Below are positions 35,200-48,361 of a DNA stretch of 59,325 bases, piece after piece. The notes beneath the pieces were generated by a model. The model saw only the letters and a list, made by a program, of their open reading frames with translations, had not been told where the DNA came from and did not search any database. This stretch comes from Phoronis australis (taxonomy: Eukaryota; Animalia; Phoronida), in assembly GCA_002633005.1 (NCBI GenBank), contig NMRA01001076.1:1-59325 (forward strand), in the 5' to 3' direction. Position 1 is the stretch's first letter. Every line of letters starts with the position of its first letter. Made by a program: the position numbers and the translations under genes.

Positions 35200-38100
35200 C
35201 AACTGTTACAATATTTTTTGAGAACTATACATAAAAATTGAAATGCACCCAATACTGAGGGTTTGCTAGAATATGTAGAAGTCCATTTCATGTAATCCAT
35301 ATAACCATTTCTGTGTTTCTTCATGTTGTTACATAATTTAACTCGGCTAATTTTGCGAATTTCACAACTGTACCGTAGTGGGAATTCCCATTGAAAATAA
35401 GAACAAGTTTCCAACCCGACATCTTGATAGAAAAGCATCCCTGAGGAAAATATTCCGTGTGTAGCACTTGCTCTCGGGGGTAATCATGCTGACGTAATTT
35501 CATTAAAATTGGTCGACTTGGATCAGCCTGAAAATTTCCATGATGTTGCTTGATTTTCTTTTTCGTCTGGAAACTGTTCTTGTTTACTTCTTTCTTGTTC
35601 TTGGTACTTGACCTCTGGCGCCTTTGAGGATAGGCTCACTAACGTCAATGACAACGGCAGCAGACATTGTGAAGATAATTACTTGAAGAAAGAGTCTGCT
35701 CTGTAATCAATGGTGTACGATTATGTTTTCTGAACAGGTTTCCGAAGAAACCTCGTTTATTTACGTGTGGTGGCAAACGAGTCAGTTCCCATAATGCACG
35801 GGCCAGCAGTCACTCACTTTGGTGGCCAGTTTAGGTGCTGGTGCACCACGAAAATAAAAATTAAACTATAATATTCATGTTTTATTCAGTAAGTTCAAAA
35901 TTTTTGTGTTCACAACTCACTGCATCCAAGTGGCGAGGCAGCTGTGGTTTGTCATTGGTTGTTCAGAGACAACTCTTCCATCTTCTGTTACCTTTGTTCA
36001 CTACTATGAGAAGCTGGTGAAAATAGCAACAGACGAAACCGTTCATATTTATTTCTTTCTCATCCTTGGTAATTGTGACCTCTGGTGCCATTGAGGATGA
36101 GCTCTTTAATGTCAATCATAACAACAGCAGACATTGGCAAAATACTTAGTTGAAGAAAGAATCATCTTTGAAACTCGGGATATCTGTAGTCCAGGACGTT
36201 CGACTTTTTTATGAACAGTCAGGTTGCTGAAGAATCTTGTTTATTTACACATGCTGGAAGTCGAGTCAGTACTCATAATGCACTGGCCAGCAGACAGTCA
36301 CTTACTCCAAGGGGCGGGGACAGCTGTGGTTTGTCCTTGATCAGTTGGAGACAATTCAGCTATCCTCCATTGCCTTTGTTCAGCACTATGAGAAACTGGT
36401 GAGAATAGCAACAATACTCTAGTCAGCCTGGTCAAGCTCCATGCCTCAGCCTCGGAAGTTGGGGCTAGGTGCTCAGCAGAGTCTTCGAACAGTTGCGAGG
36501 TACAAGATGTCGCCGAAGATGTTGCTTGTGAGTCTATGTACATGTTCAGTGACATTGATGACGTAAAATTGGGCGTACTGAGTGTACTTTTCTCTGGCAA
36601 AACGTCCAGCAGTTTAAGGGCACTTTGTGATGGGCTGAATTTGGTCATTCCCAGATGTGATCTTGAAAATGACAGGGTGGAACTGCAACTAGCGTCTTCA
36701 ACCAACCAAAAGTGGAACTATTAGTTAACGCGTTCTAAGTTTAAGAAGTATAACTCTTACAAAATGAAAAAACTAGCGTTCTACTTACGTCGTGTATTCC
36801 TTGTTCGGACTATATGATCGGACAATAAAGAAATGTCACAAAAACCATCGCGATGAGAAAAGTAAGTTCAAAACAATTGGGCAAAGGTAGCGTAAATTCT
36901 GGTCCACTTAAATGCACTCAGGGCGTCGCTAACTGTTAAATATTACAAGTAAGTTAAAGATATCCACATTAAAGAGCAAACTGAGATTGAGTTGGAAGGG
37001 AAAAGACTGAAGCGTCGGTCATAAATTGCCCATTCAGATGATACTCATACTAGAAATCCCACATTAACGTTGTGGCACAAGCTAAATATGATGAAAGAGG
37101 TTGACATAAACAGTTGGTCTATTTTTAAACTGCATTATTTTGCAAAATTGATAATGTGTTAAACGTGTATCCGCAGTTCTCTAATAACAACAAATCACTG
37201 AGAAAAGGAAATTATTTCAGTTAAATGATCCATATTTACCAGTACACTACTCTGAACATCTGGCATCCTGTCTGGTCTGAAACATTACAAGGTGGTTGGC
37301 GGACCTGACAAGCACACAACAAACGGGCTTTATTGGTTGATTGACCTTAAGGACTTCTCTTTAATCTTTGCCATCGTGTGCAATGAGAGGCCGAGGTGAA
37401 AAGCATAGGATGAGAACAAGTTTGTACGTTGGTGGTAACAATGTAATGTTGTGGTACTGGTTACGATTCAGCAAATCCGAAATAAAAAACTGTTGTATTG
37501 GGGAGGAAACAATTTTATCTTTTACAAAGTAACTTTCTTGTGACTCCAGCTTTCCTTGGGGTTTTTGAAAATCTACTAGCAGTCTCCTGCCACTGTCCTT
37601 TCCTTTCAGGTCAGTCATTTCTTGTTTTTGAGTGCAATTTCAAGTATGCTAAGTTGGCACACTCAAAATTTTGATTCCTTACTGCAAGCTTTGAGTCAAA
37701 AATTTTTTGAATCTTGATATTAAACAAACATATTTCAAGTTTCTACTCATGAAATGAGCCCCAGAGCAAAATACAACGTGATGAATGAATGATTCAACAA
37801 TTAAAGCAGAGGGTTTGATCTCCTTGGGTTTTTCGAAGAATGCATCTTGCTAAAAATCGATAAGGCGTTAGATAAGTCTTGTTTTTGCTTGAAGTATTGT
37901 TTTCTGTTCATAAAGCAGAGAGGTGTAGTCTGTGATGGGGACCACTCTTATTTGCTTCACCATCACGCTTGACACTTGACCTCTGACATTGGTAAGAAAT
38001 GGGAGTTAAAAACAATATTAATACGCCTAGCCCCTTAATGGACTTGTGAGTCACTTAAAACAAAATAAAGAAGAGAGTGGTGGCATTGTATGCGCATTTG

Positions 38101-38460
38101 AGAGCAATACTAAATGCTGTCCAGTTGGCGGGTCATGGGTGAAAGAACAAAACGTCAACAAATAAATCTCTACAATGTCGGTGTGAGCGTCGGCAAGACG
38201 AGAGGAGTTAGCTGTAATGCTCTATTAAGGTACTCGAAACATTTCACAGTTATATTCTTACAAGTCTTCTCTGTTTCAGTTCTACAAAATTACATAAAAT
38301 TAGGAAAACCTCACAATATAGACAAAACACAAATACAGAAATTGCAAATACAAAATACAATAATAGGAAATGAAATTACCTCATGAATCTGTACATATTT
38401 TTGTTTTTATATATTTGTAATAGCTTATCTAAGTATTGGAATACTTATATTAGATACTAC
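35200..38460. repeat. ~3.3-kb duplicated block, copy 1
   Basis: Collinear and highly similar to 39397-43923 once the 42515-43747 insert is removed. Confidence 0.95.
35205..36720 (-). pseudogene. Decayed orphan gene: Ser/Thr-rich repeated exons followed by a Cys/aromatic domain
   Basis: 135-aa ORF 36298-36705 with acceptor and donor sites, then internally repeated modules, then frameshifted LMKLRQHDYPREQVLHTEYFPQG/LFYQDVGLETCSYFQWEFPLRYSC. Copy at ~39400-40925. Confidence 0.4.
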
Positions 38461-39084
38461 CAGGAAGAGATAACCAGGAAGGGACAACTGTTTTAGCGCA
38501 TTTTAACGTATTTTCAAAGGTGATTTCAAAAGTAAATGTTAAAGTAGTCTGGAATCCAAGCATTGTGTTTGAAAGCTTAACTCTTTAGCTATAAAATAAC
38601 ACCACTTTTGTCCCCAAAGACTTCATATTAATAGCACTGGGATGCTTTGAACATGACTTGTTTTACCCTTCCAAAAGATGCCTCTTCCCAGGCATGTACT
38701 CGGGCACGATCCTCTTTTTTGAACCAACAGATGTCACTAATATATGCAAATGAGGCTCGCATCGTCTACGTCATACGACGTCATACGGCGCGAGCTTCCA
38801 ATTTGAACCCTAGAGTGCCTGATAGTGAATGACTTGAAACGCAGTTCTATCTGACTGGGCAGATCTAAGAAAATGAAGAACTCATCATGCAAGTCAATGT
38901 TCAAAGGACATTGAATGGTTTCACATGAAAATACATTTAATTGTATTTGGATACGTTTGCATGTGTGTATGCGTGGACTTCGTCATTTTGCTTATCCAGA
39001 TTTAGAAGCAGGTGTTAGTCAAGAAATTAGCTGCTCCCGCCACGGTGGCCGGTGTCGTGGCGTCGCCGGGAAGTCTGATCCATG

Positions 39085-39243
39085 CATGCGCAATTCGACC
39101 AACTAATGCTAGTTGCTGGTCAGCTCTGCTATGATTCATGCGCAATTCGACGAACTAATGCTAGTCGCTGGTCAGCTCTGCTATGATTCATGCGCAATTC
39201 GACAAACTAATGCTAGTCGCGGGTCAGCTCCGCTGTGATTCAT
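39085..39243. repeat. 52-bp tandem repeat x3
   Basis: catgcgcaattcgac.aactaatgctagt.gctggtcagctctgctatgatt starts at 39085, 39137 and 39189. Confidence 0.95.
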
Positions 39244-39396
39244 TTGAGACGTGCGGCTTAACTCGAACCTATACCCGTGTTCTGGCTCCAAGGTCGTTTT
39301 TTGACCCAGTTTCGGGAAAAGTTCATTTTAATACGGTCATTTCCTGAAGATTTTTTNAAAATTATCAAATAAAAGCAAGATCGAGCAAAGAATTTA

Positions 39397-42300
39397 CAAC
39401 TGTTACAATATTTTTTGAGAACTATACATAAAAATTGAAATGCACCCAATTCTGAGGGTTTGCTAGAATATGTAGAAGTCCATCTCATGTAATCCATTTA
39501 ACCATTTCTGTGTTTCTTCATGTTGTTACATAATTTAACTCGGCTAATTTTGCCAATTTCACAACTGTACGGTAGTGGGAATTCCCATTGAAAATAAAAA
39601 CAAGTTTCCAACCGGTCATCTTGATAGAAAAGCATCCCTGAGGAAAATATTCCGTGTGTAGCACTTGCTTTGGGGGTAATCATGCTGACGTAATTTCATT
39701 AAAATTGGTCGACTTGGATCAGCCTGAAAATTTCCTTGATGTTGCTTGATTTTCTTGGTCATCTAGAAACTGTTCTTGTTTACTTCTTTCTCGTTCCTGG
39801 TACTTGACCTCTGGTGCCTTTGAGGATGGGCTCACTAACCTCAATGACACCAGCAGCAGACATTGTGAAGATAATTACTTGAAGAAAGAGTCTTCTCTGT
39901 GATCAATGGTGTGCGATTATGTTTTCTGAACAGGTTTCCGAAGAAACCTCGTTTATTTACGTGTGGTGGCAAACGAGTCAGTTCCCATAATGTAGGGCCA
40001 GCAGTCACTCACTTTGGTGGCCAGTTTAGGTGCTGGTGCACCACGAAAATAAAAATTAAACTATAATATTCATGTTTTATTCAGTAAGTTCAAAATTTTT
40101 GGAGTTGTGTTCACAACTCCCTGAATCCAAGTGGTGAGGCAGCTGTGGTTTGTCATTGGTCGTTCAGAGACAACTGTTCCATCTTCTATTACCTTTGTTC
40201 AGTACTTAATGAGAAACTGGTGAAGATAGCATCGTCTCTTGAAACCGTTCATATTTATTTCTTTCTCATCCTTGGTAATTGTGACCTGGTGCCATTGAGG
40301 ATGAGCTCTTTAATGTCAATCATAACAACAGCAGACATTGGCAAAATACTTAGTTGAAGAAAGAATCATCTTTGAAACTCGGGATATCTGTAGTCCAGGA
40401 TGTTCGACTTTTTTATGAACAGTCGGGTTTCTGAAGAAATCTTGTTTATTTACACATGCTGGAAGTCAAGTCAGTACTCATAATGCATTGGCCAGCAGTC
40501 AGTCACTGCATCCAAGGGGCGGGGACAGCTGTGGTTTGTCCTTGATCAGTTGGAGACAATTCAGCTATCCTCCATTGCCTTTGTTCAGCACTGTGAGAAA
40601 CTGGTGAGAATAGCAACAATACTCTAGTCAGCCTGGTCAAACTCCATGCCTCAGCCTCGGAAGTTGGGGCTAGGTGCTCAGCAGAGTCTTCGAACAGTTG
40701 AGAGGTAGAAGATGTCGCCGAAGATGTTGCTTGTGAGTCTATGTACATGTTCAGTGACATTGATGACGTAAAATTAGGCGTACTGAGTGTACTTTTCTCT
40801 GGCAAAACGTTCAGCAGTTTAAGGGCACTTTGTGATGGGCTGAATTTGGTCGTTACCAGATGTGATCTTGAAAATGACAGGGTGGAACTGCAACTAGCGT
40901 CTTCAACCAACCAAAAGTGGAACTATTAGTTAACGCGTTCTAAGTTTAAGAAGTATAACTCTTACAAAATGAAAAAACTAGCGTTCTACTTACGTCGTGT
41001 ATTCCTTGTTCGGACTATATGATCGGACTATAAAGAAATGTCACAAAAATCATCGCGATGAGAAAAGTAAGTTCAAAACAATTGGGCAAAGGTAGCGTAA
41101 AGTCTGGTCCACTTAAATGCACTCAGGGCGTCGCTAACTGTTAAATATTACAAGTAAATTAAAGATATCCACATTAAAGAGCAAACTGAGATTGAGTTGG
41201 AAGGGAAAAGACTGAACCATCGGTCATAAATTGCACACTCAGATGATACACATACTACAAATCCCACATTAACATTGTGGCACAAGCTAAATATGATGAA
41301 AGAGGTTGACATAAACAGTTGGTCTATTTTTAAACTGCATTATTTTGCAAAATTGATAATGTGTTAAACGTGTATCCGCAGTTCTCTAATAACAACAAGT
41401 CACCTGGAAAAGGAAATTATTTCAGTTAAATGATCCATATTTACCACACTACTCTGAACATCTGGACTTCGTTATCCTGGCGTCCTATCTGGTCTGAAAC
41501 ACTACAAATTGGTTGGCGGACTTGACCAGCGCACAACAAACGAGCTTTATTGGTTGATTGACCTTAAGGACTTCTACTATTTAATCTTTGCCATCGTGTG
41601 CAATGAGAGGCCGAGGTGAAAAGCATAGGATGAGAACAAGTTTGTACGTTGGTGGTAACAATGTAATGTGGTACTGGTTACGATTCAGCAAATGCGAAAT
41701 AAAAAACTTGTATTGGGGAGGAAACATTTTTATCTTTTACAAATTAACTTTCTTGTGACTCAAGCTTTCCTTGGCATTTTTGAAAATCTACTAGCAGTCT
41801 CGTGCCACTGTCCTCTCCTTAACTCGGCTTCAGGTCAGTCATTTCTTGTTTTCGAGTGCAATTTCAAGTATGCTAAGTTGGCAAATCAAAATTTTGATTC
41901 CTTACTGCAAGCATTGAGTCAAAAACTTTTTGAATCTTGATATTAAACAAACATATTTCAAGTTTCTACTCATGCAATGAGCCCCAGACCAAAATACAAC
42001 GTGATGAATGTGAATGATTCAACAATTAAAGCAGAGGGTTTGATCTCCTTGGGTTTTTCGAAGAATGCATCTTGCTAAAAATTGATAAGGCGTTAGTTAA
42101 GTCTTATTTCAGCTTGAAGTATTGTTTTCTATTCATAAAGCAGAGAGGTGTAGTCTGTGATGGGGATCACTCTTATTTGCTTCACCATCACGCTTGACAC
42201 TTGACCTCTGACATTGGTAAGAAGTGGGAGTTAAAAACAATATTAATACGCCTAGCCCCTTAATGGACTTGTGAGTCACTTAAAACAAAATAAAGAAGAG

Positions 42301-43923
42301 AGTGGTGGCATTGTATGCGCATTTGAGAGCAATACTAAATGCTGTCCAGTTGGCGGGTCATGGGTGGAAGAACAAAACGTCAACAAATAAATCTCTACAA
42401 TGTCGGTGTGAGCGTCGGCAAGACAAGAGGAGTTAGCTTTAATGCTCTTTTAAGGTTCTCCAAACATTTCACAGTTATATTCTTACAAGTCTTCTCTGTC
42501 TCGGTTCTACAAAAATAAAAATGAAAGCACTCCGAGGAGGGAAACTTGGCGAAATTAACCAAAAAGATGACGATAAAGATGATGACGAAGATGACGAATA
42601 TGACGGCGATGGTGGCGAGGATGAACAAAAGAAGTAATAATAACATACACATGACGAACGTAGAAGTCCGAAATCAGTAAAAAAAGGCTACAGTCTTGAG
42701 CGGCACTTGGCGAAATTAACGGAAAAGACAACGACGGAGATGATGACGAAGATGATGACGAAGATGATGACGAAGATGATGACGAATATGATGATGGTGG
42801 TGGCGATGATGAACAACATCACAACATTGATATGACGAACTTAGATGTCATAAATCAATAAGAAATAAGCTACAGTCTAGTTCAATAGAAGATAAACCAA
42901 CATCAATGCAGCAAGAGCGCTCAACAAAGGAACAGCGTTATCAGAAAATCTCAAATAACTCGAAAAGTAGACGTCCTAGCGAAAAATGGAAAACATCTTC
43001 TGAAAGCTCGTTCAAAATTCTACCTAAAACTGATGGTACCGCCTAATTCCGTAAATTTTTCGAAAAAAATGAAATTTTGCATTTTTTTAAAGAAATTCAA
43101 AGTCAAATAACTCGAAAACGGTAAGTCTGAGAAAAAAATTGCCATTTGGAGGTATATACTTCAAAGAATCCACATGCAAAAAATCACGTCTTTTTCTCTT
43201 CCCGTTAAAAATCGCACTCCAGCACGACTGAAAATGGGTCAACATGCACCAGATCCGCCATCTTGAAAGCAAATTCCGGTTTTTTGGCTTTGTATAATAG
43301 CATGTCATAAGAAACTAATACCTGTAAAAACTCAAAGGAATTGGTCTTATAATGCGCCCTCTACAGGAGAACACGTTTTTAGGCCAAAATTGAGGTGTGC
43401 ATGCGTGATCGCCGATATTTCCGCCATCTTTAACCGGAAGTAAGCAATTTCTGGTATACTTGTAGAAAACTTCCGGTCCATTTACTGTGCCGATTCTTAG
43501 CCTTTTACGTAAAAAATTGTAGCCTCCAGAAGCATTTGAACCTTTAAATGAAAACAAAATAGCCGCCACACCCGCCATCTTGGATCCGATTTTGACGAAA
43601 AACAATAGGCTTCCAGTACTTCTGGAAGTACGTGTTATGTGTAAATTTCGTGATGATCGGACGAAAATTGCGACCTGTATCGTGCGAACAAACAAAAAAA
43701 GCTTAGTGGAAGAGCAACATACTTGGCGAAATTTATTTCGCCAAGTAACAAAATTACATAAAATTAGGAAAACCTCACAATATAGACAAAACACAAATAC
43801 AGAAATTCCAAATATAAAAATACAATAATAGGAAATGAAATTACCTCATGAATCTACATATTTTTGTTTTTATATATTTGTAATAGCATATCTAAGTTTT
43901 GGAATACTTATATTAGATACTAC
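39397..43923. repeat. Duplicated block, copy 2 (with Helentron-type insert)
   Basis: Starts caactgttacaatattttttgag and ends tattagatactac, as copy 1 does. Confidence 0.95.
42515..43747 (-). mobile_element. Non-autonomous Helentron-type (HINE/DINE-1-like) element
   Basis: Terminal palindrome tacttggcgaaat-tt-atttcgccaagta (43720-43747). Matching subterminal acttggcgaaatt at 42544 beside a small ctcc/ggag hairpin. ~160-bp repeats with (GAT/GAC/GAA)n microsatellite. Inserted in an A/T run and absent from copy 1. Confidence 0.7.
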
Positions 43924-44974
43924 TTAATTGTGTATACCTCTATGTATATTATTTTCATTTATGAATTTTTTACAATCCAGATATAATGCTTCGCGATTTC
44001 TGGGTTTGTCATTATTTCTTTGTATGTTCTGTGTATTCTTCAATAAATATTTTTCACTTTAAAAAAATTACCCCAATATTGCAACACTCATCCTCTCCTC
44101 TCTAAAGCCAAATGTACACTGCCCACCCAAGTGTTTGGAAAACAAACCAGGACACACACCAGTTCATACACAAATGTGAGTCATGTGATATGCAAATCTC
44201 ATTCAGCCTACAAACAGCTATGAATAAACACGTGGTCATGAGGCTCCCTGAGCTAACAAACGTAAAATATTTTACAGTTGGGTATAAATAATACTTCTCT
44301 CATTATCGTCTATAAGAAAATTGTAATGATATCCCAATTTTAGAATAATGTCTTGAAAAATGACCTGTCTTCATCAACAGGTTATAATAGTTACTGTAAT
44401 GTACACCTTTCAAACATTCTCACTGGCAATTTTAATCACCCACCAAAGCACTATACATTTTGTTACTGTTTTTCATTATAGTTCTCATGTAGTATTAGGT
44501 AACAACACGTCTTGAAATGCTAATGCTGTATCCGCATCACGCGTGTTTATGCACTGACCAAAAGGTTAGTGTGCAGTCATGTGACGCGGATATTATAGGA
44601 AATATAGTTGGGCAAGAAGTGTGGGTTAAATTTTAATTGTGTGTTAGCCTTGATTGCTTCGCTGGCTTGTAACATTGCCCAATAGAAAAGAATTTAGCAT
44701 AAAATGTTATTGAAATGCCGTCAAGTAAATAGATCAGATCAGTGTGTGTTATACCATTAAACGTGAACTGTAATGGCAGTGGCAATGTGGCTTTTGTCAG
44801 ATCGCGTGTTGTGTAAGTAAGATGATGTTGCAGTTTGAAGAAAGTTCTTTACGGTACCGTAAACAAGTTTCTGAATGACTGATTGTTGGCTGGTAGGAAC
44901 AGCAAGTCAATACGGGAAATTTGTGTTGAACATTTGTCTCTGGATGTCTTGTAAATGAAAAAATCACTGAGATA

Positions 44975-45230
44975 CTAGATTTTGTTGGAGGCAGACGTTT
45001 CGGCCTGGTCTGCCAGGCGTTTGGCGATGACTGAAGTATTTCCGGCAATTCGCTTGGTAAGGATGTCTGTGTAACGGGGAGGTAACTACACACCACTTTC
45101 TAGATTCAACAGGGTGAGCTGGGTCCTGATTTTGATGGATTACTTGATTTTTTGGGCATACTTAAGTTCTGTCGGTGATCTTATTTATGCATCCATCTCA
45201 GGATCACAACTAACGAGTGGGAGACAGGAT
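44975..45230 (-). mobile_element. Penelope-like element 3' remnant (GIY-YIG C-terminus plus eroded hammerhead)
   Basis: AQKIK*SIKIRTQLTLLNLESGV*LPPRYTDIL resembles the RKIKEAIxIR..P.LNRD.G..LP..Y motif. It is followed by gcctgg-caga-ccaggc-cgaaacgtc. Confidence 0.6.
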
Positions 45231-46609
45231 TATGGGTGCAAATATGCCATATAGGCTGAAAAGAGCCAAAATACTAATGAACACCCATATCCATCAAGGC
45301 ACTATGTAATTAACAAATTCATTGAATGTAACACTAAAACAATAAATATGAAACGCTGACTTACACTTTTGGCAGGTCATTGCAAAACAGCAAAGGGGTA
45401 GCCATGTTGAATACAAATGCAAGCATCAGGAGCCGTCACCGTAGGGTCCAAACGACTGCTTGTCGCAGTACAAATTTGTTAGATGGTCTGTCCCTGTACT
45501 TCACTACTGAAAATCCTAACTTGATACTCAGGGAATAATGCGTTGGGATGGCAGTTTTTGTGAAGCAATGCATATTTTGGTCAAGCAATCATGCTTGCGT
45601 TTAATGTTCATTTAAGTCACATTACGTTTATTTGCATTTAATGTTCATGTATTGATAGAAAACTGAACATTGACCTGTCAATTTTTCATGTTTGCTCTGC
45701 TAGTGACATAGTTTTTACATGATAACATGCTATTTTTTGCACAAATTGCATGCTTCTTTAACAAAGTACACACTTTTCTTAGCTCGCAGAATGTAGAATT
45801 CTAACCTGGGTGTGCTGGTTCCTCACTGCATGCCACTTACCGATTACCATGGGCCCTTGCCATACATTGATATGCTAACCAAGCTTTGTAGCACCCTGTT
45901 TCTAAGCCAGTTGAAGTGAGAGGTCTTTATCCTACGGAAACTTAACACATTTGAAGTTAATTTTAAAAATCCAACCCAGTTAAAAAGCTTGACATTTACT
46001 ATGTTACAGTCAACAATTGAGATTTGTATGTTTCAAATAGATTCAAATGGATGTTGCTCCCCCTAATAAGAAATAATTTTTGGTGAGAAGCTAATGACCA
46101 TTACCTTAAACTTTTTGTTGACGATATTTGTATATATAAGTCAACGTTTTACAACTTTGGTGCATTATCAAGAGAATGTAAAGACTTGGTATGTTTGCAC
46201 TCGGAATGGGGCAGCACTGGTCAGTGTTCAGGCGTTATCTGTAATCAGGTAATGAGAATGTTTACCTACTGTCATCTGTCAAACTACTTGATTGACGTAG
46301 TATGATGGTGAATAGATGAAACAACTAGTTTTGTTACTTAGTATGTTGCTCCAGCCACTGTCACGCAGATGAGTGCCACTGTGGCACTGGTCCCCTGACA
46401 CCTGAGCATTTACTGCAGAGCTGCCCTACTTTCAATACCCAAGGGGTGAGACATGGCCCAGTCTGGTGGAACTCAAGGTAAAACCGTGGGGCCTGACGGC
46501 ATCGTTGCGGCAAACTGCAGACTTCGCCCAAAAGACCAGACTGACTATCTGAGCTACATGGCCGGGAATGCTGAAGAAGAAGAAGAAGTTGCTACTCCTA
46601 CTGGAAATN

Positions 46610-46832
46610 CTTGCGCTCTGTTGACCACAAGCTTGCGCTCTGTTGACCACAAGCTTGCGCTCTGTTGACCACAAGCTTGCGCTCTGTTGACCACAAGCTT
46701 GCGCTCTGTTGACCACAAGCTTGCGCTCTGTTGACCACAAGCTTGCACTCTGGCAACCTCAACCTTACATTTTGTTGACTACCATCTCGCACTCTTTTGA
46801 CCTCAAGCTTGCCGAACTCTGTTGACCACAAG
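46610..46832. repeat. 22-bp minisatellite (6 perfect units, then degenerate)
   Basis: cttgcgctctgttgaccacaag x6 at 46610-46741. It abuts the N at 46609, so the true copy number is unknown. Confidence 0.95.
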
Positions 46833-47697
46833 TTTACGACAGTCCTAGGAATTTTTAAAACTTTATTTTGCAAAAATATGTTAATTGGTAACAAACATGG
46901 TTGTTGCAATTTTTTAAGAAAATTTGATGGAGATTGGTGTTTTTATTGTGAAGTAATTTAAAATTTGTTTACTTTTTATTCGCCATAAAGGATAGATTGG
47001 ACCTAATGATTACTGGATTTATACTTTTCAATTCATATTGGTCTGGCAAAGAGTAGGCTCTTTGGAATTGTTCCTGTAGTCAACTTGTTCATGTTAGCCA
47101 TAGTATATGATTGTCAATTCTCTTTTTTGACGTTGTATTTATCTAATTTGACAGTCAATTTAAAATTATATTGCACTGTTAGCATATTGTATCATCAACC
47201 CAGCCTCGGGGCATCAGATTCTTCAAAAATGTTAGAAAAACATTCTGAAAAATTATTTAAATCAAAAATATTTAGATTCCATATTGGTTTACAAGGATGC
47301 AGCGTCCTCTATTTCTTGGTGTGTGTGACTTCTGCCCCACCTTGTGGTGGCCGAAGTGAATTAGTGTTAATCCGTGTTACAGTAAAAACTTGCTAATTTT
47401 GGACAGAAACAAATTATTGCTAAAACTGGTCATTTTTCATTTTTAAAAGGCTTCGAATACTGTTGTGAATACTCACAATTTCTCCGAATCATCGTCTGTT
47501 GGTAGCTATGGCTTAGGTCTTGAAGCGTTTATCTGGTGTTGTTAATCATTTATGAAAAATATGAAAAAATCGCTTGTGGCGTAAATTTGTGAGATTTCAC
47601 CGTATATGAAACTAATGAGCTCTTTCAGTATTGTACTGTGTGCTGCTTATCATCGTTGGTGCACATCAGCATCTGAATGTTCTTTTGTTACCAACAG

Positions 47698-47764
47698 TGC
47701 TCGAAGCTCAAACAAGACTGTGAAGACCAATTTTCTTGACCTTGCTGCGCGGGTATGCCTGCAG
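47698..47764 (+). CDS. ATM: Serine-protein kinase ATM, internal exon (first seen in window)
   Basis: AG/GT bounded. ARSSNKTVKTNFLDLAARVCLQ resembles human VKENLIELMADICHQ (recalled). Confidence 0.8.
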
Positions 47765-48361
47765 GTAGGTGAGGTTAAAAATTAATTATATCTGAAGTGC
47801 TGCTGTGGCATGATGACCACACTGAAACTGAGAATCGGTGTTCACCACAACATTAAAGTCATACTCGACTGGAATAATGAAATTCATATAATTTATGTGT
47901 TCAAAAGTCCATGTCCATACTGTGAGGAGTTTGTGTGGTCTTGGAATGAATGTATTGAACTGGTACCAAAAGTCCAAAATGTCCCAATTTACTTAATGAG
48001 AAGTGACTAATCTCCCAGTATTTTTAAACTCGTTGCATAGATTTTCAAACTGGACGCAAGTAAGCTAAACTCATCCTGGCAAATTTCAGGTTCATGCAGT
48101 GTCTAGTCAAAGCAATTTGTGGAGAACACTGAACACATTTCAATGGGCTGTATATCACAAAGTCATGCGATGTCGCTTCAGGATTATTAAAACGACAGCT
48201 CGTTGGTGCTAGTTGTTGCTAGTAATTAAGCCTAGGCAGATCATAATTATCAAAAGCCTCTAGGGTCGCATCGGGCTGGTCAAAACTTCCACCAGTCTGT
48301 TCAATCCTCTGCCGGTTTTCTGCCTGTATTTCTTGATATAGACCGGCTTCTTCCATCTCAG

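Noticed and set aside
42395-42652. Hydrophobic membrane-protein ORF
   Set aside because: It is the antisense translation of the (GAT/GAC)n microsatellite in the Helentron-type insert.
45365-45896. Two minus-strand exon-like segments with AG/GTAAGT sites
   Set aside because: The joined frame hits stops and gives no recognisable protein.
46610-46741. 22-bp repeats as a CRISPR array
   Set aside because: The units are contiguous with no spacers, the context is eukaryotic, and there are no cas genes. The ORFs over it are repeat artefacts.
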